Positions 42,298-51,664 of a stretch of DNA of 64,000 nt are shown one piece after another. The notes beneath the pieces were generated by a model that made no database searches, was not told where the DNA came from, and saw only the letters and a list, made by a program, of their open reading frames with translations. The first letter of the stretch is position 1. Every line of letters begins with the position of its first letter. Origin of the DNA: an uncultured Rivularia sp. (GTDB lineage: Bacteria > Cyanobacteriota > Cyanobacteriia > Cyanobacteriales > Nostocaceae); NCBI GenBank assembly GCA_963665115.1, contig OY762007.1:3296001-3360000 (forward strand), given 5' to 3'. The position numbers and the translations under genes are program-made.

Positions 42298-43773
42298 CTA
42301 TTTACTATTTTTAGAAGCTACAGCAGTCAGATCGTTGTCGTCTTCTGATGAAGCAACTTCCTTCCATTCTTCTTTGGTAAAGTCTTCGTGATATGAACGT
42401 TCAACATTCACGTTCCACAAATCGTGTTTCTCTCCTAACAGATTCTTTGCTGCTAATAATGCTGTAAGCATCGAATGGTCTTGGTTATTATAACGATGCA
42501 TTCCATTTCGACCGCTAGTTTGCAAATTTTCAAATCCTTGCAAATAATTTTGAATTACGTCTAAATGCTGGCGATAATCACGGTCGTAGACTGGATAGGC
42601 TTTTGGTTGACGAATTACAACTCCGTCTTCTACAACTGCGTCTCCAGCTAATCCTAAAGCTTTTAATTCTTTTGTTGCCAATTCGATTAATTCTTCATCT
42701 GTCTTCGACCATAAAGAATCACCAATATTAGCAAAATATTCCATACCCAAACAAGTTTTACTCGAATCGGGAACCATTTCGGCGCTCCAATTCTTAAAAT
42801 TTTGAATCCGCCCTACTTTAACTTTTGGAGAGTGAATATAAATCCAGTTATCGGGGAATAAATCTGGTGCATCTACAATCAACGACACAATCAGAAAATC
42901 GCGATATTTCAGACCATTTGCAGCTTGTAATACCTTGCTCGGTACTGCTGGGTCCATTTTCTGAACCAGTTTATTTAAAGGCATAGTCGAAATAAAATTC
43001 TTAGCCTCAAACTGGATTAAATTATCATCGCGTTCGGCAAAAACTTTAGTAACTATCTGACCTTTACGCTCCATTCCTAATACTTTGGTATTCATATGCA
43101 CTTCACCGCCAGCTGCTACTATCTTTTCGGCGAAGCGTTCCCACATCATCCCTGGCCCTAATCTGGGATAATCAAATTCTTTAATTAAAGTCTTTGTATC
43201 ATTTTTGCCAAACAACGCATTTAATACTGCTGTTTTAACCGACAAACCTTTAATGCGCTGGGCTGCCCATTCAGCTTGAATCTGATTGCAGGGAATACCC
43301 CAAACTTTTTCGGTATAGGTTTTGAAAAATGTTTTATAAAGGCGATCGCCAAAGCGATTTGTCACCCACTGCTCTAAATTCTCTTCGACGGGAAGCGGTT
43401 GACGCTTTGCTTGCAGGTAAGACCAGATAATCAGAAAACTTTCTGATATACCAAGCTTCTGAAGAGTGTCAAACGCACTCAAAGGATATTGGAAAAACTT
43501 GCCTTGATAATAAATCCGCGACATACGCGGAGTCTTGATAAAATCGTTTTCGAGAACTTCATACCAAAGGTCTTGCACTTCTTGAACTTTGGTAAAAAAT
43601 CGATGTCCGCCAATATCAAAGTGGTACCCTTTATACTTCTCAGTCCGAGAGATACCACCTACTTTATCTGATTGCTCTAAAACTATAGGTTTAATGCCAT
43701 GCTTGACTAAATGGTAAGCTGCGGTAAGCCCTGCTGGCCCTGCACCGATAACGACAACTCGATCATTTTTCAT
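42298..43773 (-). CDS. FAD-dependent oxidoreductase, UDP-galactopyranose-mutase-like
   Basis: Likely start MKNDRVVVIGAGPAG; FDIGGHRFF, YTEKVWG, WAAQRI, FDYPRLG, GRNGMHRYNNQDHSM. Confidence 0.8.
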   Translation of the reverse strand: MKNDRVVVIGAGPAGLTAAYHLVKHGIKPIVLEQSDKVGGISRTEKYKGYHFDIGGHRFFTKVQEVQDLWYEVLENDFIKTPRMSRIYYQGKFFQYPLSAFDTLQKLGISESFLIIWSYLQAKRQPLPVEENLEQWVTNRFGDRLYKTFFKTYTEKVWGIPCNQIQAEWAAQRIKGLSVKTAVLNALFGKNDTKTLIKEFDYPRLGPGMMWERFAEKIVAAGGEVHMNTKVLGMERKGQIVTKVFAERDDNLIQFEAKNFISTMPLNKLVQKMDPAVPSKVLQAANGLKYRDFLIVSLIVDAPDLFPDNWIYIHSPKVKVGRIQNFKNWSAEMVPDSSKTCLGMEYFANIGDSLWSKTDEELIELATKELKALGLAGDAVVEDGVVIRQPKAYPVYDRDYRQHLDVIQNYLQGFENLQTSGRNGMHRYNNQDHSMLTALLAAKNLLGEKHDLWNVNVERSYHEDFTKEEWKEVASSEDDNDLTAVASKNSK

Positions 43774-43813
43774 AATTTGAAATATTAATGTGTAGTTCTC
43801 TATCCAATAAATG

Positions 43814-44836
43814 TCATGCAGCAGAAATATCTGGTTTTGATAAAAACCACTCATGCCATAGATAGTTGCTCGTACCAACAGCGAAAGCTAAACCGCCGTA
43901 AAAGTAATAAAACCAATGCCAAGGAATGACACGCAACGCAAAACCTAAACCACGCTTGGCATAAAAGAAACGATAAACCGCAAAATTAAGCCATAACATG
44001 ATTAAACTCAATAACGCAGCCACAGCGAAAAATCCAGACCACCAAAAACTTAAAACTAAAGATGTCAATATTGCATAGATTAAGATCGCGCTTAACCGAC
44101 TAGATACCCCTAAATTTAGGTCATTATCTAACTGACGTTGACGTAAAATCAACTCAGTCCAAGGTAATGCGCGATAGAAAATTTCTGCTTTCAATAGAGA
44201 GACAAAACTCCAGTTTTTCAAATGCTTAACGTGCAAATCTTTGAAAAGCTTAATCTTGTAACCAGCACTCCTGATACGATATCCCAGTTCTATATCTTCT
44301 ATACTCGGTCGTCGGTAACTCTCATCAAATCCTCCTATAGAGAGAAATACTTCACGACGAATAGCTCCACAAGCACCCCAAAAAGTGAAAGCTTCTTCAC
44401 TCGCTATCTGATGGGTATAGTGATGGAATAAATTTTTATACTGAGACAAAAAGTTAGTTTCTCCCGGTTCATCATCATAGGAACCAATTAGAGCAGCTAA
44501 TTCAGATTCATTCTCAAAAGCTTTCTTGACTTGAACGATCGCTGAAGGTGAAATAACTACATCAGCATCTATAAAATACAGAATATCGCTAGTAGCGACA
44601 CTTGCACCTGAATTCCGTGCTTTTGCTGGGCCTCCATTCACAGGCATCCTAATTACTTTCGCACCAAATTCTTGCGCTACCAACCAAGAACCATCAGTAT
44701 CTGCATCCGAAACTACAATTACTTCATCTGGAGAAATCTTTGATTCTGCCAGACTCGATAAGCATTGACGAAAACTCTCCCCCCCGTTATGTACTGGGAT
44801 TATTACTGAAATACTTAATTCAGTAGATATTACCAT
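43814..44836 (-). CDS. GT2 glycosyltransferase with C-terminal TM helices
   Basis: SVIIPVHN, GPAKARNSG, FIDAD, GGFDE..IEDIELGYR. Confidence 0.9.
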   Translation of the reverse strand: MVISTELSISVIIPVHNGGESFRQCLSSLAESKISPDEVIVVSDADTDGSWLVAQEFGAKVIRMPVNGGPAKARNSGASVATSDILYFIDADVVISPSAIVQVKKAFENESELAALIGSYDDEPGETNFLSQYKNLFHHYTHQIASEEAFTFWGACGAIRREVFLSIGGFDESYRRPSIEDIELGYRIRSAGYKIKLFKDLHVKHLKNWSFVSLLKAEIFYRALPWTELILRQRQLDNDLNLGVSSRLSAILIYAILTSLVLSFWWSGFFAVAALLSLIMLWLNFAVYRFFYAKRGLGFALRVIPWHWFYYFYGGLAFAVGTSNYLWHEWFLSKPDISAA

Positions 44837-45309
44837 TACTAGTTAATTCCTCACTACTCCAAACAATTCAATCTTTATTTAGAATTTCATCAAATTAGAT
44901 CGGCATTTAGATTGTTAGTCTGGACTTTGTTACAAACTTAAATATTTACATAATTATTAGAGAACAATAATAAGCAGTTAGAAAGACAATTAAGCAAAAT
45001 TCTTCTTAAATTTACGAATATAAAGTTTTGATGAAATTCGCAAATATTTTATTCATAAAGTATAAATTTAGCTTGTTTAATAACTGTCAAGTTTAATTAA
45101 ATACAATATTTAAGTAATTTAAATTACAAATATAAGAATATATCCGATCGATTTTAGAAAATTACTCATTATTAATAAAAGGATATTTAAGATAAGGCTT
45201 CAGGAAATAGCATGAAACGTATTTTTTTATACAGTTGTAATTAATGTTTGCAAATTACGAAGAATTTTTATCTAAAAATTTTTCTTGATTTTAAAAACTA
45301 TAATACTAC

Positions 45310-45438
45310 TAATACTCCACCACATTAATTGTGCGGAGTAACACATTTGTAGTGGGAGCGTCTCGCTCCCTGGTAGCAACGAGCGAGCGAGACGCTCGCA
45401 CTCCCCGAACCCCTTATAACTTATGTGGTGAAGTACTA
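45310..45438. mobile_element. MITE-like element (about 129 bp)
   Basis: Arms TAATACTCCACCACATTAATT / AACTTATGTGGTGAAGTACTA (17 of 21 complementary); internal GGGAGCG..CGCTCCC and GCGAGCG..CGCTCGC hairpins. Confidence 0.7.
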
Positions 45439-45882
45439 GTAATGGAAGCATATATTTATCCAAAAGATATGCTTTCATCATTAAACCGCAGTGTATTAAT
45501 ATAATCCAGAAGTAAGATTAATACGAGAGAATCCGATTAAAGCCAAAATACCAAGAAAATAGAGTAGAATTAATTTCAATAATTTAGAAGGTAATAACTG
45601 CAAGAATCGGAGACATATTCCTTGATTTGGATCATCATGTGAAAATATCTGCAAACTGAAATTATAAAAATGTTTCTAATTTACTTGCGTTTGAAAAATT
45701 GGAATTAGCTTATAATATAGAATTATTTTAATTTTCTGCTGCGCGATCGCACTGTTTGTTATAAATACAATAAGAAGCAGAAGGTAAATATAACCAATAA
45801 CTAAAATTAATCATTTATAAATTAGCCAGTATATAGGATAAAATACTCACTGCAACAGATTGAAATAAATTTAACTAAAGAT

Positions 45883-46320
45883 ATGTCTCTACCAGCTGGA
45901 ACCGAAGCACCAAGTTTTACAACGAAAGATACTAACGGTAACACAGTTTCTTTGTCAGATTTTAAAGGAAAGACAGTAGTTTTGTATTTCTACCCGAAAG
46001 ATGATACCCCTGGATGTACTAAGCAAGCCTGTAGCTTCCGAGATGCTCAATCGCAGTATCAAAGCAAAGATATCGCGGTTTTAGGAGTAAGTGCAGATGA
46101 TGAAGCTTCTCACCAAGCATTTACCCAAAAATTTAATTTGAATTTTCCCTTATTAGTTGATACCGATAAAAGCTTGATAAAAGCTTACGATGTTGATGGT
46201 GGTGGTTATGCCAAGCGCGTTACTTTCGTTATCGATGGTAATGGTAAGATTACCAACGTTGACGAGAGTGTTAATACCAGCACTCATGCTGAAGATGTCT
46301 TAAAATCTTTAGGACTATAA
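45883..46320 (+). CDS. bcp: Peroxiredoxin Q / BCP
   Basis: YFYPKDDTPGCTKQAC, GVSAD, R.TFVID. Confidence 0.93.
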   Translation: MSLPAGTEAPSFTTKDTNGNTVSLSDFKGKTVVLYFYPKDDTPGCTKQACSFRDAQSQYQSKDIAVLGVSADDEASHQAFTQKFNLNFPLLVDTDKSLIKAYDVDGGGYAKRVTFVIDGNGKITNVDESVNTSTHAEDVLKSLGL

Positions 46321-46335
46321 TTTCGACATAAAAAA

Positions 46336-46390
46336 TGTAGAGACGTGTTAGCGAAGCGTGCCCGCCAGGGCATTACATCACGTCTCTACA
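46336..46390. terminator. Nested palindromic repeat between convergent genes, probable bidirectional terminator
   Basis: Perfect 12-bp arms TGTAGAGACGTG / CACGTCTCTACA enclosing GCGAAGCGTGCCCGCCAGGGCA. Confidence 0.6.
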
Positions 46391-46419
46391 ATTATAAAAA
46401 TTTAACTGAATATGATCAG

Positions 46420-46845
46420 TTAATTCCCAGCAGCAGGTGTTGTTTGCGCTGGAGTGTAAACTGGGAACACAAAATCAAACTTTTGTTGGCTTCTAGGTTG
46501 CCCAGAGGAACGTTGTTGCAGCAGTTTTTGCTGTCTTTCACGAAATGAACCTGCTTCAGAATTTATTTGCTGTCTATTTTGAGAAGAAAATCCTTGCCAG
46601 TCTACAACACCAAGCTGCGATTGATGAATCAAACTCATCGGATCGAAGCTACCATTTTCAACTCCATTAAAAGAACTATTATCACCTCGCTTGGTATCAA
46701 AAGGATCGTTTTGTAAACTCGATGGTACGGAAATATCTTGGCTGGTTTGAGCAAAGCTTGCGGATGGCGCAATCATACAGCTAATCCCAAGCCCCGTAAC
46801 AGTTGCAGCAACTAATCTATTAACTCGTGAAATTGATATTTTCAT
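46420..46845 (-). CDS. Secreted hypothetical protein
   Basis: Signal peptide ending ASFA-Q; FDPMSLIH motif; Q-rich C-terminus. Confidence 0.75.
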   Translation of the reverse strand: MKISISRVNRLVAATVTGLGISCMIAPSASFAQTSQDISVPSSLQNDPFDTKRGDNSSFNGVENGSFDPMSLIHQSQLGVVDWQGFSSQNRQQINSEAGSFRERQQKLLQQRSSGQPRSQQKFDFVFPVYTPAQTTPAAGN

Positions 46846-46886
46846 TTCTCTTTTCCCCTTTTGTAATTCAAATTGATGCTTCTATT

Positions 46887-47783
46887 CTACGCAAGAGTAC
46901 GACGTAAGCGGGATTGAATGCTCAACAATGCTACAAGCGCAAAGCCTAACAATACTAGTATCGCACCGCCAAAAGTAACATCACCCCAGAAAGCTTGCAT
47001 TACTACACTATTAAATCCCCAACTTTCATGGATGTATAAATAGCGAATTGGTTCGATTGCATAGCTTAAAGGATTCAGTGCAGCCACAACTTGCAGCCAT
47101 TTGGGCATGAATGATAGGGGAGCTAAAGCTGTACTGGCGAATAATAGCGGTAAATTAGTGACAAAAATTACGGCTATTAACTCAATATGTCCTGGTAAAG
47201 CAAAAGCTAAACCCAGTGAAAGAGCCGTTACACCTAAAGCCAATAGAAAAACTATTAGGGCGATCGCGCTCAAACCTGCGGCGTTAGGAATACCAGCACC
47301 TAAAAACGATGCAGCAATCACAATTATTGCTGCTTGTAACAAAGTTTGACTGATAATAAAGATTGCTGAAGCAAAGACAATAGAAAAGCGCGATGCTAAA
47401 GGAGCAACCAATAATCGATTCAAAAAGCCAAATTCTCGGTCAAACATTACGGGTAAACCAGCATTAAGCGCTCCAGCAAATGCCGTAAAAACGATGATTC
47501 CAGCAGTTAAAAACTGACCGTAATTTGTAGTATTACCGAAAATTCCTTTGGGTGCATTTTGAAACAGTGCGCCAAATAAAACCAGCCACATTACAGGTTG
47601 AATAATGCTAGCCACTAAAGTTGAAGGGCGACGCTTTAACTGAATAAATAGACGACGAGTCAAAGCCAAAGTTTCTTGCACTAACTCGCCGAAAACACTT
47701 TGATTGGCATCGCTATACAGTTGCGGCGATGCGATTTTCTGCAAATTAACATCCGACTTGGAAGAAAAAACAGTACCACTCAT
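46887..47783 (-). CDS. ABC-2 type transporter permease (Ycf38-like)
   Basis: IIQPVMWLVLFG, FDREFGFLNRLLVAP, LNPLSYAIE. Confidence 0.92.
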   Translation of the reverse strand: MSGTVFSSKSDVNLQKIASPQLYSDANQSVFGELVQETLALTRRLFIQLKRRPSTLVASIIQPVMWLVLFGALFQNAPKGIFGNTTNYGQFLTAGIIVFTAFAGALNAGLPVMFDREFGFLNRLLVAPLASRFSIVFASAIFIISQTLLQAAIIVIAASFLGAGIPNAAGLSAIALIVFLLALGVTALSLGLAFALPGHIELIAVIFVTNLPLLFASTALAPLSFMPKWLQVVAALNPLSYAIEPIRYLYIHESWGFNSVVMQAFWGDVTFGGAILVLLGFALVALLSIQSRLRRTLA

Positions 47784-47944
47784 AACAAATTTGGATTTTC
47801 GCTAACAGGATTTTGGATTAAAAGTTTATAGTCAGGAGTTAGGAGTTAGGAGTTACGAATTAGGAATGAGAAGTTATTGATTTAATTCCTAAATAACCAT
47901 GCCCAATGTCCAATTCCCTATTCCCTATTCCCTATTCCCCAATT

Positions 47945-48964
47945 TCATTTCATACTTTGTTTCTTTTCAGCTTTCATATCTCGGGTACCTACAGCAGCTA
48001 GTTCGGCATCCATCAAAGTACGTCCTGTTGCTGCTAAGTAAACATCATCTAAACTGGGACGAGATTGGGCAATACCGAAAGTTGGTAAACCAGCATCATT
48101 TAAAGCTTGCTGAATAGTAATCAAAGCATCATTTTGCTGAGAAACTACCAAATTTAATGAGTTACCTTGAGCGCCGTTGATAATTACTTCTTGAACGAAA
48201 GATAAGGAAGTGAGTAAATTTTTAGCTTTTTGTGCTTCATCATCAGAAGTAAACTCTCGAATGCGAAGAGTGACTCTATCTCCCCCTACTTTATCTTTTA
48301 ATTGTGATGGTGTTCCTGTCGCAATTACCTCACCGCGATCGATTATTGTAACTTTATCGGCTAGCGCATCAATTTCTTCTAAATAATGGCTGGTAATTAA
48401 TACTGTTGTTCCTGCTTCTCTTAATTTCCGCAAAAATTCCCACACCACAAACCGACTTTCGATATCAAGCCCCGCAGTTGGTTCATCCAAAACCAGTACG
48501 CTAGGTGCGTGAAGCAATCCCGCTGCTAAATCCAAGCGTTTAAGTAAACCACCAGAATATGTCCCCGTTTTTTTATTCGCGTATTCTTGTAAACCAAGTA
48601 AATCTAAAACCGTATCAATACGCTCTTTTGAAACCTTTGAAGGTATATGGTAGAGCGCTGCTTGGAGTTGCAACAGTTCTTTTCCAGTCAGCACCTTATC
48701 TGGAGCAACCTCTTGAGCAACGTAGCCAAGACGTTTTCGAGCATCTCTAGGATTATCTACGCATGAGATACCACTCACTTCGATTTTACCCGCATCAGGT
48801 GTAGTCAGAGTACACAAAGCACGCAAAGTGGTAGTTTTCCCCGCACCATTAGGGCCGAGTAAACCAAATATTTCCCCTTGTTCCACTTTAAAAGAAATAT
48901 TCTTAACGGCTTCGGTAGTACCGTAGGATTTCTTTAAATTTTCGACTAAAACGGCAGGAGCCAT
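47945..48964 (-). CDS. ABC transporter ATP-binding protein (DrrA-like)
   Basis: GPNGAGKTT, YSGG, LDEPT, TSHYLEE, PSLDDVYL. Confidence 0.95.
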   Translation of the reverse strand: MAPAVLVENLKKSYGTTEAVKNISFKVEQGEIFGLLGPNGAGKTTTLRALCTLTTPDAGKIEVSGISCVDNPRDARKRLGYVAQEVAPDKVLTGKELLQLQAALYHIPSKVSKERIDTVLDLLGLQEYANKKTGTYSGGLLKRLDLAAGLLHAPSVLVLDEPTAGLDIESRFVVWEFLRKLREAGTTVLITSHYLEEIDALADKVTIIDRGEVIATGTPSQLKDKVGGDRVTLRIREFTSDDEAQKAKNLLTSLSFVQEVIINGAQGNSLNLVVSQQNDALITIQQALNDAGLPTFGIAQSRPSLDDVYLAATGRTLMDAELAAVGTRDMKAEKKQSMK

Positions 48965-49042
48965 TGGACATTAACTCTTAAATATACAAAACTCAACAAA
49001 TTCTATCTCCATTTTAGAAGTGAAGCAGCAGTTTTAAATTAA

Positions 49043-49262
49043 GAATTGGGAATTGGGCATTGGGAAGAGTTTGGAGTAGTGAGTAGCAAGTAAACTACCA
49101 ATTCGTTCTTATTGTCGGCTCCTCAAGGATCTATTTTCTAATTGTTACTCATTACTCTCTACTGTCTACTCTCTACTCGCTACTCTCTACTCGCTACTCG
49201 CTACTCTCTACTCTCTACTCTCTACTCTCTACTTTAAGAATGTCCCCCCATCTCCCCTTGTC
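49043..49262. repeat. Composite inverted heptamer-array element
   Basis: TTGGG(A/C)A units, AGTAGTG units, a short core, CTACTCT/CTACTCG units, then CTACTTTAAGAAT; same layout as 62493-62896. Confidence 0.75.
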
Positions 49263-49376
49263 ATCTACATAAAGTAGCAACAAATGTATCAAGGCACTTA
49301 TGAAAGGTATTTATATCGATTACGTTGTTGGGTTGGAAGTGTAAAAATTGACTAAAAATTACGGAGATTCACCCTA

Positions 49377-50750
49377 ATGGATGAACGCCGTCTGCGAGAG
49401 TATGTTGCTCTAATTAAACAGCTTCTAAATTGTGCCAATGGAGAGGAATTTGTAATCTTAAAAGCAAATACAAAATTGGTTGATGAAGATTTAATTATGG
49501 TGATGGAACAAATAGCCATCAAAGCTGAAGACACTGGTGCGACTGGAACTGCTGAGTTTTTACGAAATTTGGCTGACGAGTTAAAGGGTATGTTAGCACA
49601 AACAGCAAATACTTTTAATTCTGAAGATAATGAACGTCCTTCTGCTTATTTGGAACTGATTGAAACACTAATGAGTTGCCCTCGCGGAACTGAAGCGGAA
49701 ATATTGCGAAAAAATCAAGATTTAATTGATACGCAATTCATTCTAACTTTGGGACAAGTGGCGGGAATAATGGCAGAAATTGGCGAACAAAAAGCTTCGG
49801 AATTTTTGCAAAGTATTGCTACCCCTTTGGCTAAAGGAATCCAAAATTCTTTACCCGCAGCTAAGTCTTCCCAAAATTACATTGATTTTTTGGCTGAGGT
49901 ATTGGGGACTATTTCCAAAACTAATGGCAATGCAAAAGTGCTGTATCCACTATTTGCTGCGAATTTAGATAAACTAAATACGTATTTTGCCCAAGTTCTC
50001 GAAGACTGGGTACAAGAAACTATAGAAAAAGTACAGCCTTCGATAGCTCATAGCGTCTTAGTAGATATTGTAAACTTTAGCGTATTAATTCAACAGTTCT
50101 CACTCGGTAATAAAGCTGAGAACTTAGAAATTGCTATTATTGGTTATCAGGTTGCTAATCGTTTTTTCAATCGCGATAAATACCCGGAAGAATGGGCTGG
50201 AACCCAAAACAATCTTGGCAATGCTTTGGTTGAGCGCATGACTGGGAACAGTGCAGATAACTTGGATGAAGGTATTGATTGTTATAAGCAGGCATTAGAA
50301 ATCTACCAGCGCGATATATTTCCCGAAGATTGGGCTATGACTCAAAATAATTTGGGTACGGCTTATAAAAGTCGCGAACATGGGGATAAATCAGAAAATA
50401 TCGAAATTGCAATTCAGCACTATTTTGCCGCACTAGATGTATACCAACGTTCGGTATTTCCGTATCAATGGGCGACAATTCAATATAACTTAGGTAATGT
50501 GTATTGCGATCGCGTTACTGGTGAAAAGGCTGAGAATATGGAAATCGCCATATTATCTTATAATGCAGCCTTGGAAGTGTACCAACCAAATCTAGTTCCC
50601 CAACAATGGGCAATGACTCAATATAATTTGGGTAATGCTTATAAACAGCGCATTCGGGGTGAGAAAAACGAAAACTTGCAAAAAGCTGACGAATGTTATT
50701 TAGCTGCAATGGAAGTTTACAAGCGGTATCGAGATCCGCAAGAAGAATAA
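49377..50750 (+). CDS. TPR protein with repeated N-terminal helical modules
   Basis: Five WA.TQ.NLG.AY TPR-like repeats; duplicated Y..LI..L..C..G.E..IL..N..L.D module. Confidence 0.88.
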   Translation: MDERRLREYVALIKQLLNCANGEEFVILKANTKLVDEDLIMVMEQIAIKAEDTGATGTAEFLRNLADELKGMLAQTANTFNSEDNERPSAYLELIETLMSCPRGTEAEILRKNQDLIDTQFILTLGQVAGIMAEIGEQKASEFLQSIATPLAKGIQNSLPAAKSSQNYIDFLAEVLGTISKTNGNAKVLYPLFAANLDKLNTYFAQVLEDWVQETIEKVQPSIAHSVLVDIVNFSVLIQQFSLGNKAENLEIAIIGYQVANRFFNRDKYPEEWAGTQNNLGNALVERMTGNSADNLDEGIDCYKQALEIYQRDIFPEDWAMTQNNLGTAYKSREHGDKSENIEIAIQHYFAALDVYQRSVFPYQWATIQYNLGNVYCDRVTGEKAENMEIAILSYNAALEVYQPNLVPQQWAMTQYNLGNAYKQRIRGEKNENLQKADECYLAAMEVYKRYRDPQEE

Positions 50751-50856
50751 TTGATTGTTTCCTTAAGCACCTACTCAAGAAACCCGGCTCTTTATTCTTA
50801 GAAGTCGGGTTTCTGGTTTTTAGATATTACAAAAATATCGTAATCATTTAGGATTG

Positions 50857-51390
50857 CTATAGTTTATCAAACATTAAACTTTGATATTCTTGCTCGGTAG
50901 CAATATCTAAACTGCTTTCAACTTTATCTAAAAATACTAATCCGCTCATATGGTCGTATTCATGCTGAAAAATACGAGCAACAAAATCTGTTAATTGTTG
51001 ATGCACTAAATTACCATCTCTATCAGTATATTCAACTTCAATAGCCCGGTATCTCGGAACTAATCCTCTAATTCCCGGAATACTCAAGCAACCTTCCCAA
51101 TCTTTCACCAATTCATCAGAGCGATCAATAATTTGAGGATTAATCATTGCTGTAGGTTGCATCAAAGGAGCATTCGGATATCTTAGATTAGGGCGAGAAG
51201 CAACGATAAAAATACGATAGCTCATCGCAACTTGTGGCGCTGCGATACCAACACCATTAGCATCTCCCACAGTTACCAGCAAATCATCAATCAGTTTTTG
51301 AATGCCATTGGAATAAACATCTTCAACAAATTCTGCTTTCTGCCGCAGAATTGGATTACCTAATTGAATAATAGAAAGTTTTTCAGACAT
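50857..51390 (-). CDS. def: Peptide deformylase
   Basis: GVGIAAPQV, EGCLS, QHEYDH. Confidence 0.96.
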   Translation of the reverse strand: MSEKLSIIQLGNPILRQKAEFVEDVYSNGIQKLIDDLLVTVGDANGVGIAAPQVAMSYRIFIVASRPNLRYPNAPLMQPTAMINPQIIDRSDELVKDWEGCLSIPGIRGLVPRYRAIEVEYTDRDGNLVHQQLTDFVARIFQHEYDHMSGLVFLDKVESSLDIATEQEYQSLMFDKL

Positions 51391-51664
51391 AAGTTAAATA
51401 TATTAAAGGTCAAAACAATTTAAAATTATCAATTAAAAATTAAAAATTACCATCACCTAAAATCTCAGGCTTGAAATAAAGAATATGTTTTTATCTTTTT
51501 CTCCTTAAAAGGAAAGGCTTGTATCCTTAATTAAACAAGTAAAAAATAATTCTATTTTAATTTTGAATTCAAAAAATGGTCAAAGGTTAAAGGTTAAAGG
51601 TCAAAATAACTCATAACTCATAACTATTTCTACCCATCTCCTTGTCCCCTTGTCTCCCCATCTC

